A stretch of DNA of 64,000 bases from an uncultured Gemmatimonadaceae bacterium (lineage in GTDB: Bacteria; Gemmatimonadota; Gemmatimonadetes; Gemmatimonadales; Gemmatimonadaceae), in NCBI GenBank assembly GCA_963740355.1, contig CAVUDW010000003.1:2112001-2176000 (forward strand), read 5' to 3'. The position numbers and the translations under genes are program-made. Of the stretch, positions 1 through 12,726 are shown piece after piece (the stretch's first letter is position 1; every line of letters starts with the position of its first letter). The notes below the pieces were generated by a model. It was given only the letters and a program-made list of their open reading frames with translations, ran no database searches and was not told the origin of the DNA.

Positions 1-1096
1 GGAACCTCGACAGATCGTAGCGGGCGAAGTGTTCACCCTGTGGATCCTCGCGCTTGATGGCGCGAAACGCCGTCGGCGCGGTGAACAACACGCGGACATC
101 GTGCTCCTCGATCACTCGCCAGAACTCGCCCGCGTCAGGTGTGCCGACTGGCTTGCCTTCGTGCACGACCGTCGTGCAGCCCGCCAGCAGCGGGGCGTAC
201 ACGATGTACGAATGGCCCACGGCCCATCCGAAATCACTCGCCGACCAGAACACCTCGCCGGGCTCCACGCCGTAGACATGCTTCATCGACCAGAGCAACG
301 CGACCGCGTGCCCGCCGTTGTCGCGCACGACCCCCTTCGGCATGCCGGTCGTGCCGGAGGTGTAAAGGATGTAGAGCGGGTCGGTTGCCTCGAGCGGAAC
401 GCAGTCCACCGGCAGCGCTGACTCGGCCGCCGCCTTCCAGTCCAGATCGCGCCCCGGTGTCAGTTCACAGCGCAGGACATCGCGCTGCAGCACCACGCAA
501 TGCGCCGGCGCATGTGTTGCCAGTTGCAGTGCGGTGTCGAGCAACGGCTTGTACGGCACGATGCGCCGGACCTCGATGCCGCAGCTGGCCGTCAGCACCA
601 CCTTCGGCTGTGCGTCATCGATGCGCACCGCGAGTTCCTGAGGGGCGAACCCGCCAAAGACCACCGAGTGCACCGCACCAATGCGGGCGCAGGCGTAGAT
701 GCCGATGAGTGTCTCCACCGTCATCGGCATGTAGATGATCACGCGATCGCCGCGCTCCACACCAAGCGATCTGAGCACTCCAGCGAACCGGGCCACTTCG
801 TCGCGCAACTCACGATACGTCAGCGTTCGCTTGGTGTTGGTCACCGGGCTGTCGTAAATCACTGCGGCCTGATCGGCGCGACCGTTCAACACATGTCGGT
901 CGATTGCGTTGAAGCAGGTATTGAGTTGCCCACCCCGGAACCAGCGATACAACGGCGCCGCGCTTTCGTCGAGCACGGTGTCCCACCGCCGGTCCCAGTG
1001 CAGTGCTTCGGCAGCGGCGCCCCAAAAACCCGCCGGGTCAGCGACTGATGCAGCGTAGGCGAGCTCGTATGGCGTATGCGTCGGGTGAGTGGACAT
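1..1096 (-). CDS. prpE: Propionyl-CoA synthetase (acyl-CoA synthetase), 3' end runs off the window
   Basis: Manual translation from ATG 1096: MSTHPTHTPYELAYAASVADPAGFWG...; AMP-binding motif PLYILYTSGTTGMPKGVVRDNGGH and VLFTAPTAFRAIK. Missing from the ORF track because its stop lies outside the window. Confidence 0.9.
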   Translation of the reverse strand, partial: MSTHPTHTPYELAYAASVADPAGFWGAAAEALHWDRRWDTVLDESAAPLYRWFRGGQLNTCFNAIDRHVLNGRADQAAVIYDSPVTNTKRTLTYRELRDEVARFAGVLRSLGVERGDRVIIYMPMTVETLIGIYACARIGAVHSVVFGGFAPQELAVRIDDAQPKVVLTASCGIEVRRIVPYKPLLDTALQLATHAPAHCVVLQRDVLRCELTPGRDLDWKAAAESALPVDCVPLEATDPLYILYTSGTTGMPKGVVRDNGGHAVALLWSMKHVYGVEPGEVFWSASDFGWAVGHSYIVYAPLLAGCTTVVHEGKPVGTPDAGEFWRVIEEHDVRVLFTAPTAFRAIKREDPQGEHFARYDLSRF

Positions 1097-1289
1097 CGGC
1101 TGCGAAAGAGTCACGTGTGTACAAACTGATTTCGCGAGTATCGCCCACCGCGCACGTGCTGTCGAGGGCGATTCACCGAAGAGAAGACGACGCGTGTTCC
1201 CCGCGCGCGCACGACATATGCTCAGAAGCGGTTGCACCGCGGAATCGCGTCGCGTTTTCCCTGACACCGCTCCCCTTCCTTCGACCTGC

Positions 1290-1727
1290 ATGCAATTCGC
1301 TCAGTACAGTTCGCTCGTCGTGCTGCTCGTACTCGCCATTCCCGTGGCCTGTATCGCCTGGACGGTGACGCACGAAGAAATCTTTCGCGAGCCGCGGGAG
1401 TGGTGCCAACGCCGCAGCGAGACTGCCGACTCGTTGCTCATGCGCAAGTTTTTCTACCTCTTCACCTGTGAGTACTGCTTCAGTCACTACGTGGTGGCGT
1501 TCTTCCTCGCGATCACACACTTCACGCTGCTGTTCGACGATTGGCGTGGCTACTTCATCGCCGGCTTTTCGCTGGTCTGGGTGGCCAATGTCTACATGAC
1601 GGCCTTTGGCCGCCTGCGACTGGACATGAAGTATCAGCGGGTCGAAATCGCGGCCAAACAGGAGGCGCTCGGCACGCCTATCGACACTGCCGTTTCAGCA
1701 ACAACGCTGGGGCCCCCGCAGGCGTAG
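1290..1727 (+). CDS. Small membrane protein, DUF1360-like (CxxC)
   Basis: Hydrophobic helices and FTCEYCFSHY motif; start moved to ATG 1290 within ORF 1089..1727. Confidence 0.65.
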   Translation: MQFAQYSSLVVLLVLAIPVACIAWTVTHEEIFREPREWCQRRSETADSLLMRKFFYLFTCEYCFSHYVVAFFLAITHFTLLFDDWRGYFIAGFSLVWVANVYMTAFGRLRLDMKYQRVEIAAKQEALGTPIDTAVSATTLGPPQA

Positions 1728-1829
1728 CGGAGAAGAGGCCTGGGATAGGCTCAGTCGGACTCCCCTCAGGGCCCGGAACTGACGCTGGTATCTTCCGGCA
1801 GCCGTCCGAACACACCTCCTCAACGCCAC

Positions 1830-3341
1830 ATGCGGCTTCTCGCCACACTGGAATCCCTTGCGCGCCTGACAGCGTTTTCTGCTGTCGGGCTCGCTTTTGC
1901 TGGCTGTGCCACCGCCCCTCCCAGCACCGTCCGGGGTGCGCCAGCGACCAGCGCGACACCCGGCAAGTCCTGGGTACCGGCGCCGGAAGCAGGAGCTGCG
2001 CTTTCGCCCGCTGAAAAGCGGCTTGCACCGCCGGTCGCGACCATTCCGGCAGAGGTCGCCAGCCGCATGCAGCTGCTCACGCTGACCGACGTCGTCGACC
2101 TCGCCCTCGGCAACAGTCCCAGTACCCGCATCAGCTGGGCGCAAGCCAGGGCGGCAGCCTCGGCCTACGGGTCGGCCAATGGGCGCTTCTTCCCGACCAT
2201 CACTGCGGATGTCACCGGTGGACCAGCGCGAGCGATTTCCGCCAATCCAGCGCGGCTCCCGTCAGATCGCGTGACGCTGGTGCCGTCCGTGACGCTCCAG
2301 TACCTGCTGTTCGATTTCGGGGCCCGAAGTGGCACCTCGCGGGCGGCGCGCGAGGCACTCTACGCCGCCGACTTCACGCACAACGCCACCGTGCAGACGG
2401 TACTGCTGCAGACGCAGCAGGCGTATTTCAGCTATCAGGCCGCTCGCGGCGTGCTGGACGCGGCGCGTGCCACGGTCGCCACGGCGAAGCAGAATGTGGC
2501 TGCGGCCGATCGTCGACATGAAGTCGGCGTCGCAACCATCGCGGATGTGCTGCAGGCCAGGACCGCGCTCGCACAGGCCGAGCTGGTGGCGCAAGGCGCC
2601 GATGGCGCGCTGCAGGCCAGTCGCGCCACGCTCGCGTTCGCGATGGGCATGGACGCCAACAAGCCGTTCGAGATTGCCACCGACACGTCCGCATTCCCAC
2701 TGAGAGAGCTGGCCGACAACGTCGATTCCCTCATCGCGCATGCCGAGCGTGACCGACCGGATCTCGCCGCGGCCAGAGCATTGGCTCGACAGAGCGAGGC
2801 GCAGATCAGCGTCGCACGATCCGCCACACTGCCAACGCTGACGTTGGGGTCAACGGCCGGCCGCAACTTCGCCAACGTCGCCACGCTCGAAGGACAGACT
2901 TACGCCCTCACGCTTGGCCTGCAGATTCCGCTCTTCAGCGGCAATGCCCGACAGTACGATGTGGTGACGGCAAGGGAGAATGCATCGGCGGCCATTGCGC
3001 GCGCAGAACAGGCGCGACTGCAAGCTGCCGCACAGGTCTACACCTCCTATCACACGCTGCGAACCGCTGCCCAGCGCGTGACGACCTCACAGACACTGCT
3101 CAGTACGGCCACGCAATCAGAGCAGGTGGCACGCGGCCGCTACGCCGAGGGCGTCGGCAACATTCTCGACGTGCTGCTGGCACAGAGCGCCTTGGCCGAT
3201 GCACGGGCGCAAGCGGTGACGGCGCGCTGGACCTGGTTCTCTGCACTGGCACAGCTCGCACGTGACGCTGGCGCACTCACACCGGGCGGTTCCGCCGGCC
3301 TTCGATTCTCGACCGATTCTTCCCGCGGGTTGCCCCGATGA
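1830..3341 (+). CDS. TolC-family outer membrane efflux lipoprotein
   Basis: Lipobox LAFAGC; two OEP repeats (RHEVGVATIADVLQA, RYAEGVGNILDVLLA); first gene of a tripartite operon. Confidence 0.9.
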   Translation: MRLLATLESLARLTAFSAVGLAFAGCATAPPSTVRGAPATSATPGKSWVPAPEAGAALSPAEKRLAPPVATIPAEVASRMQLLTLTDVVDLALGNSPSTRISWAQARAAASAYGSANGRFFPTITADVTGGPARAISANPARLPSDRVTLVPSVTLQYLLFDFGARSGTSRAAREALYAADFTHNATVQTVLLQTQQAYFSYQAARGVLDAARATVATAKQNVAAADRRHEVGVATIADVLQARTALAQAELVAQGADGALQASRATLAFAMGMDANKPFEIATDTSAFPLRELADNVDSLIAHAERDRPDLAAARALARQSEAQISVARSATLPTLTLGSTAGRNFANVATLEGQTYALTLGLQIPLFSGNARQYDVVTARENASAAIARAEQARLQAAAQVYTSYHTLRTAAQRVTTSQTLLSTATQSEQVARGRYAEGVGNILDVLLAQSALADARAQAVTARWTWFSALAQLARDAGALTPGGSAGLRFSTDSSRGLPR

Positions 3342-4522
3342 CGATGCACGTGTCCATGTATTCCGCCTCCCGGACCATCATCGCGCTGAGCGTCGGCCTT
3401 GCCGCCTGCAGCAAGCCGGAAGCGCCGGCGAAGGCACCGGTCGCCGTCACGGTGGCGACCTCCGTGAAGGGTGAAGCGCCGTACATCGTCGCCGCGAACG
3501 GGGTCGTCGAGCCGCTGCAGTCAGTGGCCATCCAGTCGCAGGTGGGTGGCGTGTTGACGCGCGTGCACTTCAAGGAAGGCGATGAAGTCACGCAGGGTCA
3601 GGTGCTGTTCTCGATCGACGCACGTCCCTACCAGGCGGCGCTGAATCAGGCGCAGGCGATGCTGGCGCGCGATGTTGCTCAGGCCGCGAATGCGAAGCGT
3701 GATGCTGAGCGATACGCCGCGCTGGTGGAGAAGGACTTCGTGACGCGATCGCAGGCTGACCAGGCGACCGCCAATGCCGCCGCGCTGGCCGCCGTCGTGG
3801 ACGCCGATCGCGCCACCGTCGAGACGCAGCGGTTCAACCTCGACAACGCCACCATCCGAGCACCCATCACGGGCAAGACCGGCAGCCTGCTGGTGCGCGC
3901 GGGGAACCTCGTGCGTCCAGGCGCTGCACCGCCGCTGGTCGTGATCAACCAGATCCGCCCGATCCTCGTCCGCTTCGCCGTGCCGGACCGCGAATTCCCG
4001 CAGGTGCAGCGTTATGCCATCGGCAAGGCCCTGCCGGCGCGTGCCATTCACACCACGGGTGACGGCAGTGCCGCAGTTGGTTCGTTGAGCTTCGTGGACA
4101 ACGGAGTCGACAGCACGACGGGAACGGTCTTGCTCAAGGCCCGCTTCGACAACGGTGATCGTCAGCTCTGGCCGGGGCAGTTCGTGCGCGTGGAGCTCGA
4201 GCTGTTCACGGAGCCGAGCGCAGTGCTGGTGCCGGCGCAGGCCGTGCAGACCAGCCAGACCGGCTCCTTCGTGTTCACGATCGACGAGAAGGGCAAGGCG
4301 GTGATGCGACCGGTCACTGCGGGCCGAACGGTGGGTGACCAGATGGTGATCGAGCAGGGCTTGAAGGTCGGCGAACGCGTGGTGACCGATGGCCAGGGTA
4401 AGCTGGCACCGGGCTCGAAGGTTGCCATCAAGGACACGCCGGCGCCGCGACGTGGCGACGCCCCGATCAAGGATGGCGCAGCGGCTCGCGCCGTGGATGC
4501 GAAGGGAGGTGTCGCGCCGTGA
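3338..4522 (+). CDS. RND efflux periplasmic adaptor (MdtA-like)
   Basis: Lipobox LAAC; lipoyl-like SQVGGVLTRVHFKEGDEV and IRAPITGKTG; DNGVDSTTGT. Confidence 0.92.
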   Translation: MTMHVSMYSASRTIIALSVGLAACSKPEAPAKAPVAVTVATSVKGEAPYIVAANGVVEPLQSVAIQSQVGGVLTRVHFKEGDEVTQGQVLFSIDARPYQAALNQAQAMLARDVAQAANAKRDAERYAALVEKDFVTRSQADQATANAAALAAVVDADRATVETQRFNLDNATIRAPITGKTGSLLVRAGNLVRPGAAPPLVVINQIRPILVRFAVPDREFPQVQRYAIGKALPARAIHTTGDGSAAVGSLSFVDNGVDSTTGTVLLKARFDNGDRQLWPGQFVRVELELFTEPSAVLVPAQAVQTSQTGSFVFTIDEKGKAVMRPVTAGRTVGDQMVIEQGLKVGERVVTDGQGKLAPGSKVAIKDTPAPRRGDAPIKDGAAARAVDAKGGVAP

Positions 4523-7500
4523 ACTTCACCGCGTTGTTCATCAAGCGGCCGGTCATGACCACGCTGGTCATGCTGGCCATCCTGGCGTTCGGCACGATGT
4601 CCTATCAGAAGCTCGCCGTCAGCGACCTTCCGAACGTGGACTATCCGACGCTGACCGTGTCGGCAGCGCTGCCCGGCGCGAGCCCGGAAACGATGGCCTC
4701 GGCCGTCGCCACGCCGCTCGAGAAGCAGTTCACGACGATTGCTGGCATCGACAACATGGTCAGCAGCAGTTCGCTGGGCAGCACGAACATCACCATCCAG
4801 TTCACGCTCGACCGCAGCATCGACGCCGCCGCGCAGGACGTGCAGGCCGCCATTTCGAAGACGCTGCGCGACCTGCCACCCGGCATCGTCCCGCCGTCGC
4901 TGCAGAAGACCAATCCCGCCGACGAGCCGTTTCTCTACCTGAACCTGCGCAGCAAGACGCTGCCGCTGTCAGCGCTCGATGAATACGGACAGACCGTGCT
5001 TGGCCAGCGGATCTCGACCATCAGCGGCGTGGCGCAGGTCACGATCTTCGGCAGCCAGAAGTACGCCGCGCGCATCCAGCTCGACCCGCGCGCGCTGGCG
5101 GCCCGTGGAATCGGCATCGACGAAGTCGCGACGGCGGCGGCGCAGGGCAACGTCAACCTGCCGACCGGCGTGTTGTGGGGCGCCAACAAGGCGTACACGC
5201 TGAAGGCGGACGGTCAGCTCGAGAACGCCGCCGAATTCGGCGAATTGATCGTCGCCTACCGCAATGGCAACCCGGTGCGGCTGCGCGATCTCGGCAAGGT
5301 GAAGGACGATGTGCAGAGCAACAAGGTCGCGGCCTGGTTCAATGACACCCGGTCGATCACGCTCGCGGTGCAGAAGCAGCCAGGCACCAACACGGTGCAG
5401 GTGGCGGACGCCGTCAACAAGCTGCTGCCGGTCCTGCGCGCACAGATGCCGGAGTCGGTCGAGATCGAGACCTTCTTCGATCGATCGGAAGGCATTCGCG
5501 AATCGGTGGCCGACGTCAAGTTCACGCTGATGCTGACGCTCTGCCTGGTGGTGCTGGTGATCTTCCTCTTCCTGCGCAATGTGTCGGCGACGATCATCCC
5601 CAGCCTGGCGCTGCCGATGTCGCTGGTGGGCACGTTCGCAGTGATGTGGGCGCTGGACTACAGCCTCGACAACCTCTCGCTGATGGCGCTCACGCTGGCA
5701 GTCGGCTTCGTGGTGGACGACGCGATCGTGATGCTGGAGAACATCGTGCGCCACATCGAGATGGGGAAGACGCCGCTCCAGGCGTCACTCGACGGCGCGA
5801 AGGAAATCGGCTTCACGATCATCTCGATGACGATCTCGCTGACGGCGGTGTTCATTCCGCTGCTGTTCATGAGCGGCATCGTCGGGCGGCTCTTCCACGA
5901 GTTCGCCGTCACGATTGCCGCCGCGATCCTCGTCTCGGGCTTCGTGTCGCTGACGCTGATCCCGATGCTCTGCGCCCGCTTCCTCAAGAGCGGATCACAT
6001 GGCGAGCGCGAGATGCACAACCCGGTGTTCGATGCCTTCGAGCGCGGCTACGAGTGGGTGCTGCACCGATACGAGACGTCACTGCGCTGGGCGATGGCGC
6101 ACCGTCGCTCTGTGATGGTGTTTTCCGCCGTGGTGCTGGTCGGTACGGGTGTGCTCTACTCGGTTGTGCCAAAGGGCTTCATCCCCAGCGAAGACACGGG
6201 GCGTATCCGCTCCTCGACGGAAACCGCGCAGGGCACGTCGTTCGAGGCGATGATCAGGCATCAGGAGGAGGCCGCCGCACGTATCCGGAAGAACCCGTAC
6301 GTCGATGCGGTGCTCTCGAACATCGGCACCGGATCAGGCAACTCGACCGGCCTCGCGAACCAGGGCCGCCTCACGGTGCGCCTCAAGCCACGCGGCCAGC
6401 GACCTGACGCGGAAACGATGGTGCGGATGTTCTCCAAGGAGACCTCCGACCTGCCCGGCATGTCGGTGTACTGGCAGAACACGCCAATCATCCAGCTCGG
6501 CGGTCGCACGGCCAAGGCGCTCTATCAGTACACGTTGCAGGGTGCCGATCTCGACGCGCTCTACCCAGCCGCGCAGGCGCTGGAAGCGAAAATGAAGACA
6601 TTGCCGGCATTGACCGACGTGTCGACCGACTTGCAGATCCGCAACCCGCAAGCGTCGCTGACGATCGATCGCGATCACGCCGCGCGCCTCGGCGTGACGG
6701 CGGAACAGATCGAGCAGGCGCTCTACAATGCATACGGATCACGACAGGTCTCGACGATCTACACCCCGAACAACCAGTACTGGGTGATCATGGAGCTGTT
6801 GCCGGAGTTCCAGACCGATCTCTCGGCACTGGACCTGCTCTACGTCCGGTCAAAGACAGGGGTGTTGGTGCCGCTGTCGAGTGTCACGCGGTCGACCATG
6901 ACGATCGGCCCGCAGCTGGTGAATCATACCGGGCAGATTCCGTCGGTCACGCTGTCGTTCAACCTCCGTGAAGGGGCGTCGCTGGGTCAGGCCGTGACGG
7001 AAGTCGAACGCGCCTCGAGCGAGTTGCTTCCCGACGGCATCACCACCGGCTTCGCGGGCGCCGCACAGGCTTTCCAGGACACGCAGCGCGGCCTCGGTGT
7101 GCTGTTCATCGTCGCGATCTTCGTGATCTACATCGTGCTCGGCATTCTCTACGAAAGCTTCATCCATCCGATCACCATTCTCTCCGGCATTCCGTTCGCC
7201 GCCTTTGGCGCCTTCCTCGCTCTGATCCTGACGCGCACGGAGCTGAGCGTCTACGCGTGGGTGGGCGTGATCCTGCTGGTGGGACTGGTGAAGAAGAACG
7301 CGATCATGATGATCGACTTCGCCCAGGAGGTGGAGAAGAAGGAGGGCAAGAGCGCCTTCGATGCGATCTTCGAAGCCTGCATGGTGCGATTCCGCCCGAT
7401 CAGCATGACGACGATGGCAGCGCTCGTCGGCACGCTGCCGATTGCCCTCGGTGCCGGTGCCGGTGCCGAGTCGCGCCGACCGCTCGGCATCGCGGTGGTC

Positions 7501-7695
7501 GGCGGGCTCGCCTTCTCGCAGCTGATCACGCTCTACGTGACACCGGTCGTCTACACCTACTTCGATGACTTCTCGCGTCGCATGAAGCGCCGCCGGGACA
7601 GCGAGTCTGCAGCGCAGGTAGATACCACACCGTTCCGTCCGGGTACACCGCAGCCGGTCGCGGCCTCGGTCATCGCACCCATCAGCGCGTCGTAG
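4519..7695 (+). CDS. RND efflux transporter permease (MdtB/MdtC-like)
   Basis: 1058 aa; FIKRPVMTTL start, GFVVDDAIVMLENI, GLVKKNAIMMIDFA, RFRPISMTT. Confidence 0.95.
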   Translation: MNFTALFIKRPVMTTLVMLAILAFGTMSYQKLAVSDLPNVDYPTLTVSAALPGASPETMASAVATPLEKQFTTIAGIDNMVSSSSLGSTNITIQFTLDRSIDAAAQDVQAAISKTLRDLPPGIVPPSLQKTNPADEPFLYLNLRSKTLPLSALDEYGQTVLGQRISTISGVAQVTIFGSQKYAARIQLDPRALAARGIGIDEVATAAAQGNVNLPTGVLWGANKAYTLKADGQLENAAEFGELIVAYRNGNPVRLRDLGKVKDDVQSNKVAAWFNDTRSITLAVQKQPGTNTVQVADAVNKLLPVLRAQMPESVEIETFFDRSEGIRESVADVKFTLMLTLCLVVLVIFLFLRNVSATIIPSLALPMSLVGTFAVMWALDYSLDNLSLMALTLAVGFVVDDAIVMLENIVRHIEMGKTPLQASLDGAKEIGFTIISMTISLTAVFIPLLFMSGIVGRLFHEFAVTIAAAILVSGFVSLTLIPMLCARFLKSGSHGEREMHNPVFDAFERGYEWVLHRYETSLRWAMAHRRSVMVFSAVVLVGTGVLYSVVPKGFIPSEDTGRIRSSTETAQGTSFEAMIRHQEEAAARIRKNPYVDAVLSNIGTGSGNSTGLANQGRLTVRLKPRGQRPDAETMVRMFSKETSDLPGMSVYWQNTPIIQLGGRTAKALYQYTLQGADLDALYPAAQALEAKMKTLPALTDVSTDLQIRNPQASLTIDRDHAARLGVTAEQIEQALYNAYGSRQVSTIYTPNNQYWVIMELLPEFQTDLSALDLLYVRSKTGVLVPLSSVTRSTMTIGPQLVNHTGQIPSVTLSFNLREGASLGQAVTEVERASSELLPDGITTGFAGAAQAFQDTQRGLGVLFIVAIFVIYIVLGILYESFIHPITILSGIPFAAFGAFLALILTRTELSVYAWVGVILLVGLVKKNAIMMIDFAQEVEKKEGKSAFDAIFEACMVRFRPISMTTMAALVGTLPIALGAGAGAESRRPLGIAVVGGLAFSQLITLYVTPVVYTYFDDFSRRMKRRRDSESAAQVDTTPFRPGTPQPVAASVIAPISAS

Positions 7696-7714
7696 CCGAG
7701 GGGCGACAGGCCGC

Positions 7715-9847
<2,133 letters not shown>

Positions 9848-10093
9848 CGACCTGTCGCCTCGCAGTGGGCGAACGTGCTCACGACAGTCAGCGCCAGCAG
9901 AGGCCTGATGTGACCGACGACGCGCTGGCGTGGCATGCGGAAGTGCTGGAGAGTGATGCGGGCGCGCGCGTCAGCGACGGCCCAACCGCCTCACAGGAGA
10001 ATATCTCGGCAACCACCACGGCGCGACCGCAGCCCCGCCCCGATCCGCCGCGCCACGCGATGCACAACTTCGTTAGAACTTTCACACCAATGG

Positions 10094-10117
10094 ATCGGCC
10101 ACGCGCACGTGGCCGAT
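10094..10117. terminator. 10-bp stem hairpin after the 10127 gene (possible terminator)
   Basis: ATCGGCCACG-cgca-CGTGGCCGAT; no strong U-tract. Confidence 0.35.
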
Positions 10118-10126
10118 GGTCGTCCG

Positions 10127-11278
10127 CTACTGGCAGCCGTTCACACCCGGCATTCGATCACGCGGGTCGCGAGGGGCTGCAGACCCGTCGAGGCGAAGCT
10201 CGTATGCGTCCTGGACCTGGTTGCCATCGTAGCGAATCGATTGGCGGATCAATGCGGGCCGCGACTTGCCGCTCGTCAATCGATACCAGTTGTTGGTCGA
10301 CTGCGTGTAGACCGGCCCACAATGATCCAGCTGGACGGTGACTCCCTTCTGGTACACGACCCCGAGCATGTGCTCCCCGCGGGGATGCATGCCCCCCTCG
10401 TCGAGATAGATCGTCTTCACCTGCGCCTGCGTTCCACTTGCAAGCAGCGAGAACTGTCGTCCCCCGTACGTCACGCTGCCCGACATGTTGAATGGGTTGC
10501 GATCGTTCTTGAATGACAGGTCTCCACGCTTTGGTCCTGCCGAGTCCCACGTGATTCCGGTCGGCAACGCAACCAGTGTTTTCCAGTCGTACCCCATGCT
10601 GTTGGCAGGAACCAGCAGCGTCACCACCGTCGCTGCCACCGACTCATGCGGCAGTGAGGTCGCGACCGGCTGCTGCGTAGCGCCTGCGGCGCATTGTTCG
10701 CTGTAGAGTGCGAGCTGGTTCGGCTGCAACTTCGGCAGGTCCGCTCCGGCGGTGAGCACAAAGCCTTCACCGGTACGTCGCGCGTTGGCCGCCTGAATCG
10801 AGAGGTGCGACGCGTGCACGCCCGCACCACCCAGCCGATAGGTGTTGGTGCTGCCCGCCGACCCGCGCACAGGGCAGCGTACCAGCGTGGTCGTCACTCC
10901 CGCCTGCGTCAGCGCCATCAGCAACGCCTCTTCTCCGAATGGCGTACCACCATTTCGCAGGTAGAGGTTGAACACCATCGTGCGCGCACCGGTGGCGATC
11001 ACGGCGATCGGGCGACCCGCGATGTTCGCCGCACCCTGTCGCGCAAAACAGCCGCCATCAGGCGCACAGTTTGTCAGGGACGTTGGCGGCAGCGCGGCCC
11101 AGCGGATACCGGGGAGCGCCTCGATCGCGGTCCAGCTCGCGGGCTGATCCATCCGTGACCACGCCGTCACCATCGCTGCCACATCGGCCTCGGGGCCACT
11201 TCGTCCGGTGAACGCCGACATCGCGAGCACCGCACACACCATGAGGGCGCTTCGCACTGCGGTCGTTCGAGTGGACAT
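10127..11278 (-). CDS. Exported hypothetical protein with an internal tandem domain duplication
   Basis: Signal peptide from ATG 11278 (MSTRTTAVRSALMVCAVLAMSAF); the two halves align with each other. Confidence 0.75.
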   Translation of the reverse strand: MSTRTTAVRSALMVCAVLAMSAFTGRSGPEADVAAMVTAWSRMDQPASWTAIEALPGIRWAALPPTSLTNCAPDGGCFARQGAANIAGRPIAVIATGARTMVFNLYLRNGGTPFGEEALLMALTQAGVTTTLVRCPVRGSAGSTNTYRLGGAGVHASHLSIQAANARRTGEGFVLTAGADLPKLQPNQLALYSEQCAAGATQQPVATSLPHESVAATVVTLLVPANSMGYDWKTLVALPTGITWDSAGPKRGDLSFKNDRNPFNMSGSVTYGGRQFSLLASGTQAQVKTIYLDEGGMHPRGEHMLGVVYQKGVTVQLDHCGPVYTQSTNNWYRLTSGKSRPALIRQSIRYDGNQVQDAYELRLDGSAAPRDPRDRMPGVNGCQ

Positions 11279-11401
11279 GGTGGAGCTCCAGGAATCGGGC
11301 AGGTGGCGAAGACCGCAGGCGCGAAGGACGCACCGCATCGAGCATTGCGAAAAACCCCCGCGACAGCTGTCACCCCCATCGCACATTGCTGCGTTCGTTC
11401 G

Positions 11402-11761
11402 TCAGAGCACCTTCGCGTTCTCGGCGATGCGCGCCTTCACGATCTTCTTCACCAGCGCCGCGGGAATCGGCTTGTCCGGTTGGAAGCGGATGGTGCCGGT
11501 ACTGGTCTCGAAACCTTCAAGGTCCTTCTTGAACGCCTCGAGCGTCGAGTTGCTCATCGCGTAGAGCGCACAATGTCCTTTCCGAGCGCCGAACCCGACC
11601 AGCATCTTGCCGAGTCGAATCATCGGAATCTGGTAGTTGATCGCCTCCTCGGCCTTCGGTACGGCGGCGTGGATCACGCGGCGCAATTTCTCCAGCGCCA
11701 TCCGCTGATCCTCGGGAAGGCGCGCAAGATATTCATCGATTGTCTTCGGCTTGATGGCCAT
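11402..11761 (-). CDS. DUF1801 (YdhG-like) protein
   Basis: TIDEYLA...LRRVIHAAVPKAEEAINYQIP...GTIRF...LVKKIVKAR pattern. Confidence 0.85.
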   Translation of the reverse strand: MAIKPKTIDEYLARLPEDQRMALEKLRRVIHAAVPKAEEAINYQIPMIRLGKMLVGFGARKGHCALYAMSNSTLEAFKKDLEGFETSTGTIRFQPDKPIPAALVKKIVKARIAENAKVL

Positions 11762-11793
11762 TCACCCCTCCGATGCGAGGCGCTGTCGAACGC

Positions 11794-12675
11794 TCAGGGC
11801 GCGCCGAGCTTCTTGCGCGTGTACGGTCGCGCAAATGCGGACGGCGGATTGTGCCCGGTGGACAGGTCGTATGCCTTCTGGTACAGCGGCGTGGCGCGCG
11901 CCGCCTCGCCCTTCTTTTCATAGGTCATCGCCAGCAGGACATGCAGGAACGGATCGGTCGCGTTGCCCTGCATCGCCAGCGCCTTCGTCAGCTCCGACTC
12001 CGCCGTCGCGAGATCATTCGTGTACAGCGCGACGTATCCGACGAGATAGGGATAGAAGCGCGCCTGTTGCGCCGCCATCGCGCTATCGGCATCGAGGATC
12101 CGGCGTGCCTCGGCGACGTGTCGCTTTGCTTCACCGGCATTGCCACGGCGCGCCGCGAGCCTGCCGAGCGCGTGTGCCAGGCGGAAATCCCAGAGCGCCT
12201 TGGGATGGGTGCGCGGCTCCGGCTCCTTCAAGCCCAGCTCACTGCCACGACGATAGAGTCGCTCGGCGACATCGAGCTGTCCAACGTCGATACAGATGCG
12301 GGCGGCTTCGTTGGCCATCTCGCCTTCCTGGTAAAACGCATTCTGCGGCTCGGCCTGTTCACGCGTCTTCCAGTAGTCGATCACCATCTCTTCGTAGCGC
12401 ACAGTCTCGGAGCAGTGGCCCTCGAAGGCATGCGAGATTGCCATGCGCCGCTGCGCGACCGCCTTCGCCGCAGGCGTCGCCGCGCCGTCGATCAACTTCT
12501 GGAAGATGGCGCGCGCCGCGACGTGCTGGCCCTCCACATCGAGCCGCGACGCGGTCCGGATGCTATCGGCCTGCGGCGTGACAGGCGCCGCGCCTTGTGC
12601 CGTGGCGGTGCTGGTTGCGACGAGGCATATGCCCGAAATCAGGAGCGCCGAAGAACGGAAGCGCGATGTGTTCAT
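11794..12675 (-). CDS. Exported TPR-like repeat protein
   Basis: Signal peptide, Ala-rich helical repeats (YLVGYVALY...AESELTKAL, LLAMTYEKKGE...YQKAY). Confidence 0.75.
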   Translation of the reverse strand: MNTSRFRSSALLISGICLVATSTATAQGAAPVTPQADSIRTASRLDVEGQHVAARAIFQKLIDGAATPAAKAVAQRRMAISHAFEGHCSETVRYEEMVIDYWKTREQAEPQNAFYQEGEMANEAARICIDVGQLDVAERLYRRGSELGLKEPEPRTHPKALWDFRLAHALGRLAARRGNAGEAKRHVAEARRILDADSAMAAQQARFYPYLVGYVALYTNDLATAESELTKALAMQGNATDPFLHVLLAMTYEKKGEAARATPLYQKAYDLSTGHNPPSAFARPYTRKKLGAP

Positions 12676-12726
12676 GGAGAGGTGGCGTGAAAAGTTGGTC
12701 GTCGCGCGTGTGAACCAGAGCGGCCG

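Noticed and set aside
9865..10341. Plus-strand ORFs between the kinase and the 10127 gene
   Set aside because: They overlap a better-supported minus-strand gene and have no recognisable features.
11335..11365. Third copy of the TGTCG...CGAT promoter motif upstream of the duplicated-domain gene
   Set aside because: Spacing is 20 rather than 18 nt and internal positions do not match; too weak.
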